Positions 57,226 through 64,000 of a stretch of DNA of 64,000 nt are shown in pieces. The stretch lies in NCBI GenBank assembly GCA_003389215.1, contig QQVP01000045.1:4535-68534 (forward strand). Direction: 5' to 3'. How positions within the stretch are numbered: the stretch's first letter is position 1; the number at the start of each line of letters is the position of its first letter. The notes below the pieces were generated by a model. The model had not been told where the DNA came from. It did not search any database and saw only the letters and a list, made by a program, of their open reading frames with translations. The DNA is from Planctomycetota bacterium. Lineage in GTDB: Bacteria > Planctomycetota > Planctomycetia > Pirellulales > UBA7805. Both the position numbers and the translations under genes were made by a program.

Positions 57226-57879
57226 ATGCCAGCAAGAGCACGAAGATCGGCCCGCAAATCCTCGCCCCCAGGGGCGGGCGGCGGTCGCGATTTTGTCGAG
57301 GTCGACACGCCCCCGAGGATTATTGGCGGGCGACTGCGAGGGCGTCGCCTGGCCTATAGCGGACGTCGGGATACTCGGCCCATGAAGCACCGGGTGCGGG
57401 AGGCCATTTTCAACCTTGTCGGGCCGGCGATTGTGGGCCAGCAGGCGATCGACCTGTTCGCCGGCACGGGGGCCCTGGGGCTCGAGGCACTCAGTCGCGG
57501 CGCCGCACGGGCCACCTTCCTGGAACGCCACTTTCCCACCGCCGACGTGATTCGCGAGAACCTGGCGACGCTCGACGTCGCCGAGCAGGCGGAAGTCGTG
57601 CCGGCGAACGCCTTTCTTTGGACGCGCACGATCCCACTCGAGAAGTCGCCCGCGTGGGTCGTGTTCTGTTCGCCGCCCTACGACTTCTACCTCGAGCGGG
57701 CCGACGAGATGCGACAACTCATCGAGCGGATCATGGCTGCCGCCCCGCCGGAGAGCACCTTGGTTGTGGAAGCCGACGGCCGCTTCGATTCGAGCTCGTT
57801 GCCGTCGGCCTCGACGTGGGACGTGCGGCAGTATCCGCCGGCGGTCGTGGCCGTGTGGCGATCGGAGTCGCAAGCCTGA
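57226..57879 (+). CDS. rsmD: 16S rRNA (guanine966-N2)-methyltransferase RsmD
   Basis: RIIGGRLRGRRL, DLFAGTGALGLEALSRGA, SPPY. Confidence 0.85.
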   Translation: MPARARRSARKSSPPGAGGGRDFVEVDTPPRIIGGRLRGRRLAYSGRRDTRPMKHRVREAIFNLVGPAIVGQQAIDLFAGTGALGLEALSRGAARATFLERHFPTADVIRENLATLDVAEQAEVVPANAFLWTRTIPLEKSPAWVVFCSPPYDFYLERADEMRQLIERIMAAAPPESTLVVEADGRFDSSSLPSASTWDVRQYPPAVVAVWRSESQA

Positions 57880-57955
57880 CCCGACACGTCGCTAACGCCG
57901 TGCAAGGAGCTTCCCGCCGACAACGCCATTGCGACCAAGCGAGGCAGCGAGACTT

Positions 57956-58336
57956 ATGGACGTGATCAACGTCAACGACGTCGAGGCCTTCACCACGAAG
58001 GACGGTTCCGAGATTCGCGAACTGCTGGCGCATCGCAACTCCGCGATCGAGAAGCAGAGTCTGGCCGAGGCCCGTCTGCCAGTTGGGGCGACCACCACCC
58101 CGCATTACCATCCGCAGACCGAAGAGATCTACTACCTGCTCGAGGGAACCGGCGAGATGCGGATCGGCGACGAGACCCGCACGGTCCATGTCGGCGATGC
58201 GATTGCGATTCCGCCCGGGGTCGAGCATCAGATCACCAATTGCGGAACGGTCGTGCTGAGGTTTCTTTGTTGCTGCGCTCCCGGTTACGAGCACGACGAC
58301 ACGGTGCTGACCGAAGAACCGCCGAGCTCGGCGTAA
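57956..58336 (+). CDS. Cupin domain protein
   Basis: HYHPQTEEIYYLLEGTGEM ... IPPGVEHQITN (two cupin motifs). Start at ATG 57956. Confidence 0.8.
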   Translation: MDVINVNDVEAFTTKDGSEIRELLAHRNSAIEKQSLAEARLPVGATTTPHYHPQTEEIYYLLEGTGEMRIGDETRTVHVGDAIAIPPGVEHQITNCGTVVLRFLCCCAPGYEHDDTVLTEEPPSSA

Positions 58337-58639
58337 GCGCGGCGTCGCTCGGACCCGGTCGCGGAGGGGCACGGGCGGAACTTGCCACGGCGCGGTGAAT
58401 GCTAGCGTCGCCGTCACTCGGCGGCGGCCCTTTGCAGCCAAATCTTACCTGACCGCTACGACTGGTACCCGGTTGCCGTGGGAATGCCCGACCTTGTGGT
58501 GGGTTTTCGTCGCGGCATGTCAAACAGTTCCGGTTAGCGATCGAGTTCACACGTTGGCCGTGGAAAATACCGATCGTCAAGGTTAGCGCGGCGAGATCCG
58601 CGGAGCGTGCGCAAGGATGCGCTAGCGGGAGCAGGAAGC

Positions 58640-61144
58640 ATGTACGAAGTGAAGCGACGAAGGCCGGGGCGCCATTGGTTTGCGCTCGTGTTGGCGCTTC
58701 TCCTCGGCAGCCTTGTAGCGCCGACCTTTTGGGACGAGGGTGGGCATTCCTTCCTCGCGGACGACACGGAGACGACGACTCACCGCCCCCCCGCGTCGCG
58801 CACTCGTTCCCAGCGCCCCGCAGGCCCGATCAACGTGGTGGTCTCCCCCGAAGTCGCTGCTCGGATGACGTCGACGCCGAGCGTGGACCCCGTCGACGAA
58901 ACAACGGTCTCCCCTGCGGTCCGGGCCCGCATCGCCCCGCCCGTGGCCGGACGCGTCGCGCTGCCCCCCGCCGGATCGCAAGCCGCTCGCCAGGCGTCGC
59001 GCGTGCCACGGAATGTTCCCAGTCGCGGAGGACAGATGCCGAGGGTGGCCGCGCTCGGCACCGAGCTGCGTACCTACTCCGCGACCAACTCCGATCCCGC
59101 CCCCTACCTCACCTCGGACGTCGCGACAACCTGGCCGCTGCCCGCGATGTTGATGGCTCGTCTCGACGAACTGGCTGACGATCCCCAAGTAAGCCGTTGG
59201 GCGCTGACGGTCAGCGACCTGTGTGAGGACCTGGCCCGCACCTCGTTGACCGATCGGCGGGCGTCGTCAGCCCTTCTCGGCCGCATCGAGGCCAGCATGG
59301 GCGACGGCCGCAAGCTGGCCGCACGGCTGACCGATCGAAAGACGCAGGCCTCCGTGCGACGGGCCATCTACGCGATTGCCCGGCGACATGCGGCCTGGCG
59401 ACTGGCGCTCGCAGCGGTCCCGGCCGAGACGATCATCGAGCTGCGAACTGCCGACGCGCGAAATACCGAGGCGAGCGAATCGTTGCCCGCCTTCCTGCAA
59501 TTCCGCGCCTCCGACCGCCCGACGCAGCGTGCCGCCGTCGCAAAGCGGCGGCGACCCCAACCGAGCTCGTCCCGCTATGCCGCGCGGCCGCAGCGGACTT
59601 CACCAGGCGTGCTGGGAGGACCTTCGGGTGAGGAGGATCGGACACGCCGCGTCGTGGCGTTGCTCGCGAGCCTGGAGGCCTTCGAGGCCTCGCCGACGCC
59701 CGCCGCGGCCACCAAGGTCGCACGGCAGATGGGCGAACTGTCCGGCAGCGACGCGCGGCCGCTCGTCGCTCTGGCCGCCACGACCGACGATCACTGGCGG
59801 AATGCCAACGTGCGGATGAACTTTACCCAGGAGCTCATCGACCAGATGCTGCCCCGCATGCCCTCGCAGGAAGGCCAGGTCGACGACGTGATTAACGGCG
59901 TGCCGGTGTGGGGCTGGCAAGAAACGTCGACGGAGCTGAGCACGGAGTTCCTCGAGGACACCGCCCGGCTGAGATTGCGGTTGGTCGCCTCCGGGGCCGT
60001 CTACTCCGACACCCAAGCGAGCAAGGGCCCGGCCACCGTCTTCAACTGCGGCTACACCGACTTCCAGGTCTCGAAAGTCGTCATCCTCACGCCCAAGGGA
60101 ATCGCCCTGGCCCGCACCCAGGCCTATGCCAACAGCTACAGCAACCTGTCCGACGTGGAAACCTCGGTCGACGGAGTGCCGCTATTCGGATCCTTGGCCC
60201 GCAACATGGCCCGCAACAAGTTCGAGAAGCAAAAGTCGGCCTCGCTGGCGGTGGTCGAGCGGCGGGTAGCGAGCGAGGCCCGAGCCCGCTTCGACAAGGA
60301 ACTCACCCCCAGAATCGTCGACGCCGCACACGACTTTCATCGCCGGGTTTGGTCACCGCTGACAGCCCTCGAACTGGAACCGACGCCGATCGAAATGAAG
60401 ACCGAAGCGGATCGCGTGATCACCCGCTTCCGTGTGGCCGCGGCCGATCAGTTGGCGGCGCACACGGCGCGACCCCGAGCCCCCGGCGACAGTCTGGCCA
60501 GCTTGCAGATTCACGAGAGCTTCTTCAACAATGCCCTCGACCAGTTTGATCTCGATGGCAAGACCCTAATGTTGCCGGAACTCTTCACACACATTGCCAA
60601 GAGCATGGGTCGTCCCGACGCCGAGTTGCCCGAGGACTTGGACAAACGGGTCAAGTTCGTGTTCGCCAAAGAAAACGCGGTGCGCGTGCGTTGCCACGAG
60701 GGCCACGTCGAGATCACGCTGGCCCTGGACGAGCTGTCGCGGGGCAAGAAGAACCGCTGGACGAACCTTCTGGTGCGAGCCCGCTACGAGCCGAAAGGCG
60801 AAGGACTCGAGGCCCAACTCGCACGGCAGGAGGGCATCGAGCTGATCGGCGAGGATCTGCGTACCCGCGACCAGATCGCGCTGCGCGGCATCTTCAGCAA
60901 GGTCTTTTCGCGCAGTCGCGCGGCCTCGCTAATCCCCAAGGAGATGGTCGAGCACCAGGCCCTGCAACACCTGGAAGTCACGCAGTTCTCCATCGCCGAC
61001 GGCTGGATCGCCCTGGCGATCGGGCCGAAGCTGGTGAAACAGACCGAAGAGGGGCTGCAAAGCCGGGCGGCGCCGCGTTGGAAGTTCGACCTGACCGGCT
61101 CCTCGCGACGACAATCGCAAGGTGCTCGCGCAGAAGCAGAGTAG
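58640..61144 (+). CDS. Membrane-anchored hypothetical protein (834 aa)
   Basis: AGGAAG Shine-Dalgarno. N-terminal TM HWFALVLALLLGSLVAPTFW, then a Pro/Arg/Ser-rich region, then a large ordered C-terminal region with no motif I recognise. Confidence 0.75.
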   Translation: MYEVKRRRPGRHWFALVLALLLGSLVAPTFWDEGGHSFLADDTETTTHRPPASRTRSQRPAGPINVVVSPEVAARMTSTPSVDPVDETTVSPAVRARIAPPVAGRVALPPAGSQAARQASRVPRNVPSRGGQMPRVAALGTELRTYSATNSDPAPYLTSDVATTWPLPAMLMARLDELADDPQVSRWALTVSDLCEDLARTSLTDRRASSALLGRIEASMGDGRKLAARLTDRKTQASVRRAIYAIARRHAAWRLALAAVPAETIIELRTADARNTEASESLPAFLQFRASDRPTQRAAVAKRRRPQPSSSRYAARPQRTSPGVLGGPSGEEDRTRRVVALLASLEAFEASPTPAAATKVARQMGELSGSDARPLVALAATTDDHWRNANVRMNFTQELIDQMLPRMPSQEGQVDDVINGVPVWGWQETSTELSTEFLEDTARLRLRLVASGAVYSDTQASKGPATVFNCGYTDFQVSKVVILTPKGIALARTQAYANSYSNLSDVETSVDGVPLFGSLARNMARNKFEKQKSASLAVVERRVASEARARFDKELTPRIVDAAHDFHRRVWSPLTALELEPTPIEMKTEADRVITRFRVAAADQLAAHTARPRAPGDSLASLQIHESFFNNALDQFDLDGKTLMLPELFTHIAKSMGRPDAELPEDLDKRVKFVFAKENAVRVRCHEGHVEITLALDELSRGKKNRWTNLLVRARYEPKGEGLEAQLARQEGIELIGEDLRTRDQIALRGIFSKVFSRSRAASLIPKEMVEHQALQHLEVTQFSIADGWIALAIGPKLVKQTEEGLQSRAAPRWKFDLTGSSRRQSQGARAEAE

Positions 61145-61315
61145 CGTCAGACGGCGGTGGCGCGGCGGTGTGTGCTCTTCACCCTCGGCAGCCGCTTCGG
61201 CCCGTCCTCTAATCGTCTATTGAGCCCTGCGCAGCCAATGAACCAGGCCGACCAGCGGGAGGCCGGCATTCCAGCCATCACCGCCGCCGCGAAGGGCTCA
61301 TTAACAACGCAGCCA

Positions 61316-61702
61316 TCAATAGTCCTCGGCGGCCGCGTCGCCGCGATCTTCCGGACCATAGCGGCCCCGGTACTGCTCGGCCGGATACTTGGCCACGTTC
61401 TTCCGCATCTTGTCGGCAAACGCCGCGGCCAGATCGATCTCCAGCTCGTTGGCCAGAGCCAACAGATAGCACAGCACGTCGGCCATCTCTTCGCCGACCG
61501 GCACGAGCTGCTCACGGTCGCCGCGTAGCGTCCGCGACTTTTCGGCGGAGATCCACTGAAAGTGCTCCATCAGCTCGGCCGCCTCGATCGCCAGGGCCAT
61601 CGCCAGGTTCTTGGGCGCGTGAAACTGCTCCCAGTCGCGCTCGGCCACGAAGGCGGCTACCGCGTCGCGGAGTTCGCCAAGGTTCGTCGTGGCATCGCTC
61701 AT
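61316..61702 (-). CDS. MazG-like nucleotide pyrophosphohydrolase (small, all-alpha NTP-PPase)
   Basis: ERDWEQFHAPKNLAMALAIEAAELMEHFQW and EEMADVLCYLLALAN (EExxE/D metal motifs). Confidence 0.8.
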   Translation of the reverse strand: MSDATTNLGELRDAVAAFVAERDWEQFHAPKNLAMALAIEAAELMEHFQWISAEKSRTLRGDREQLVPVGEEMADVLCYLLALANELEIDLAAAFADKMRKNVAKYPAEQYRGRYGPEDRGDAAAEDY

Positions 61703-61717
61703 AGAGTCGCCGTGAGC

Positions 61718-62662
61718 TTAGAGGCGTTCGTCGCGGGAGGCCAGGCGGCTGCGATAGCCTTCGACCAGGTGGACCATGATCTCCAGTATCAGCAATTCGC
61801 CCCGACTGACCAGATGCCTGGCACTACGGCTGCCGCGACCCCGCACGAGTCGCTGCACGACGTCGAGGTGCATCATCATTGCTTCGTGCGAAGAAACGCC
61901 GGCGGCCACCAGCAACTCGGCCAACTGCCGCATCTCCGTGGCCAGGTTGCCCGAACCCATCACCACGTAGGCACGCACCAATTCGCCGTAGTGGTCCACC
62001 AACTCGGCGGGAAGGTTGTTTAAGCCGTTCGAGGCCGCGCCGCTCGGCTGGCGCGCGGTGTCGTCCTGCGCCGCGCCCAAGAGGTCGGAAGAGCCGACCA
62101 ACGCCCGTTCCAGATCGACCAAGATCGTGCGTTGCTGATCGAGCAACCGGTTGGCTTCGTCGTGTTCCAGCTCAAGCCGTTGTCGCTGGCTCTCGGCGTG
62201 GCGACGATTCTCGCGAATCAACTGCACACGTTCGCTGGCCCGCGTCAGGTGCCAGACGAGCACCTCGGTGGAAATGGCGGCGACGTCCAAGGCGGCGTCG
62301 ACCCCCGCGTCGCAGAGGGCTGCCGCAAAGGTCGTCGGGTCCTCGTGGTGCAACACCAGCAGCGGATCTTCGCAGCCGCTGGCGCGAATCGCCTCGGTCA
62401 GCTCCACCGCGTCGAGTTCGTCGGGCTCATGGCCGATGAAGATCGCATCGAACACCTCGTCGCGCAACCGCGCCAGGCAGGCGGACGCCTCGGTGGCAAC
62501 CTCCAGCACGGCGCCGCGCGTTCGATCGGCGACCAGCGATTCGACCTGCCACGCGCCCACGCGACGTGGGCCGCAAACCAGCAGCAGCCGCAGCCGCGGC
62601 GGCAACGGGCCACGGACGGCCGCGTCCGAGAGGTTCGATTCGTGAGCCGTGGTCGGGTTCAT
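61718..62662 (-). CDS. Pseudo-receiver domain protein with a coiled coil and an RsbU_N-like C-terminal domain
   Basis: A (beta-alpha)5-like N-terminus (RLLLVCGP..., FDAIFIGHEPDEL, PLLVLHHE) lacks the acidic pocket and the phospho-Asp. The centre is a coiled coil (QRQRLELEHDEANRLLDQQ). The C-terminus LVDHYGELVRAYV...EAMMMHLDVVQRL...LILEIMVHLVEGY resembles the RsbU N-terminal domain. Start at ATG 62662. Confidence 0.6.
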   Translation of the reverse strand: MNPTTAHESNLSDAAVRGPLPPRLRLLLVCGPRRVGAWQVESLVADRTRGAVLEVATEASACLARLRDEVFDAIFIGHEPDELDAVELTEAIRASGCEDPLLVLHHEDPTTFAAALCDAGVDAALDVAAISTEVLVWHLTRASERVQLIRENRRHAESQRQRLELEHDEANRLLDQQRTILVDLERALVGSSDLLGAAQDDTARQPSGAASNGLNNLPAELVDHYGELVRAYVVMGSGNLATEMRQLAELLVAAGVSSHEAMMMHLDVVQRLVRGRGSRSARHLVSRGELLILEIMVHLVEGYRSRLASRDERL

Positions 62663-62827
62663 GTCTTGGGCAATCGTCGAGGGCAACGGACCGCGAAAGG
62701 TAGAAAACGGCTCGCCAGCGGTCAACACGCGTGTCGTCAACCGCCGCGGCCCAGCAGGTGTGCCGGCAAGAGCCTCGTGCGGCGCGGGGTGCGGAGCCAC
62801 TGATCTTGCCCGTGGCCACGGCCCGTC

Positions 62828-62833
62828 TAGAAT
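62828..62833 (+). promoter_or_regulatory. -10-like box TAGAAT, 8 nt upstream of the larC ATG (leaderless candidate)
   Basis: gtcTAGAATccggggttATG, with no Shine-Dalgarno. Confidence 0.3.
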
Positions 62834-62841
62834 CCGGGGTT

Positions 62842-64000
62842 ATGAAGATCGCCTATCTTGACTGTGCTAGCGGAATCAGCGGCGACATGACGCTGGCAGC
62901 CCTGGTCGACGCGGGTGTCGAGCTCGCCGCGCTGCAAAGCGGCATCGACTCGCTCGGTCTGCCGTCGTGCCGCCTGGCCGCCCAGGACGTCTCGAAGCAC
63001 CACTTTCGCGCCCTGCAGATCACGGTCGAGCACGAGCCGGAACATGCCCATCGGCATCTCTCCGACATCGTGGGCATGATCGAAGCGAGCCGCCTCTCGG
63101 CGCGGCAGCAGGAGCTGGCCAAGCAAATCTTCACGCGACTGGGCGAGGCCGAAGCCAAGGTTCACGGCACCTCGATCGAGAAGGTTCACTTCCACGAAGT
63201 CGGGGCCGTCGATTCGATTGCCGATATCGTCGGCGCGGCGATCGGGTTCGACCTCTTGGGCGTCGAGCGGGTTTATGCCTCGCCGGTGCCGACGGGTCAC
63301 GGCACGATCGAGATCGCCCACGGACGTTGCAGCATTCCTGCGCCTGCGACGGCCGAGTTGTTGCAGGGAATTCCCCTGGCCGCCTGCGACGTCGAGGCCG
63401 AACTGACCACACCCACCGGGGCCGCGATTCTGGCCACGCTGGTCCATACGTTCGGGCCGCTACCCGGCATGACGATTGCCCGGACCGGCATCGGCGCGGG
63501 GCAGCGCGACCTCGAGCAGCAGGCGAACGTGCTGCGGTTGCACGTCGGTGAGCTCGCGGCGGGCGACTTGGGCCTGCAAGACACCGTTTGCGTGCTCGAG
63601 ACAAATCTCGACGACACGACGGGCGAGCTCGTGGGCGAATGTGCCGAGCGGCTCCGCGCCGCCGGTGCCCTCGACGTGACGACGCAAGCGATCCAAATGA
63701 AGAAGAATCGTCCGGGCGTGACGATCACCGTTCTTTGTCGCCCTGAACAACGGGCCGAGATGGAAGCGATTCTCTTTCGCGAGACCACCACCCTGGGCGT
63801 TCGTGGCTGGCTCGCCGAGCGCCGTACCCTGCGTCGACAGGCACATCAGGTCGACACGTCATTCGGCGCGGTGGCGGGTCAGGTTGCCTTTCGCGGCGAG
63901 GGCCTGGTCACCTTTGCCCCGGAGTACGAGTCGTGCCGCGAGTTGGCCGCCGCGCAGAACGTGTCGGTGGCCCGCGTCTTCGAGGCGGCACAAGCGGCCT
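62842..64000 (+). CDS. larC: Nickel-pincer cofactor biosynthesis protein LarC (DUF111), 3'-truncated by the window edge
   Basis: Absent from the ORF track (no stop in the window). MKIAYLDCASGISGDMTLAALVDAGV..., FHEVGAVDSIADIVG, TPTGAAILA, ETNLDDTTGE. The frame is open from 62842 to 64000. Confidence 0.9.
   Translation, partial: MKIAYLDCASGISGDMTLAALVDAGVELAALQSGIDSLGLPSCRLAAQDVSKHHFRALQITVEHEPEHAHRHLSDIVGMIEASRLSARQQELAKQIFTRLGEAEAKVHGTSIEKVHFHEVGAVDSIADIVGAAIGFDLLGVERVYASPVPTGHGTIEIAHGRCSIPAPATAELLQGIPLAACDVEAELTTPTGAAILATLVHTFGPLPGMTIARTGIGAGQRDLEQQANVLRLHVGELAAGDLGLQDTVCVLETNLDDTTGELVGECAERLRAAGALDVTTQAIQMKKNRPGVTITVLCRPEQRAEMEAILFRETTTLGVRGWLAERRTLRRQAHQVDTSFGAVAGQVAFRGEGLVTFAPEYESCRELAAAQNVSVARVFEAAQAA

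Overview
High-GC bacterial chromosomal segment. The gene content points to Planctomycetota, Pirellulales-like: a PSCyt1 cytochrome-c/WD40 protein, a DUF1080 protein, a sulfatase, large secreted orphan proteins and a MoxR-DUF58 pair. I support about 50 protein-coding genes. Two of them are missing from the ORF track because they run off the window edges: a Pro/Ala/Ser-rich protein at 1..850(-) and larC at 62842..64000(+). Most of the window is housekeeping: groES-groEL, putA, a dapL-like aminotransferase, rsmE, rsmD, trkA-trkH, sulfite reductase, pgpA, folD, gltB-gltD preceded by a LysR regulator, a cyclophilin and a flagellin. By eye I found no rRNA, tRNA or CRISPR array. All very long ORFs on the opposite strand of known genes, including the 2253-aa ORF 47859..54620, lie in the codon-aligned antisense register. 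They are explained by the absence of TTA/CTA/TCA sense codons, so I treat them as shadows. The points most worth follow-up are: (1) a translationally coupled GT2 / BshC-like 544-aa protein followed by an Eis/MshD-like multi-GNAT acetyltransferase, which may be an undescribed small-molecule (thiol-like?) pathway; (2) a REP-RAYT module with a 6-copy 36-bp hairpin array abutting the flagellin gene; (3) a 76-aa signal-peptide protein with 9 Cys directly upstream of a secreted transglutaminase-like protein; (4) a shared CA-rich leader in front of both chaperonin genes; (5) a 1.07-kb non-coding gap with a strong orphan terminator-like hairpin; (6) a promoter-plus-terminator unit in the trkA leader; and (7) several probably leaderless genes. 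All functional calls come from motif recognition by eye. No database search was run.
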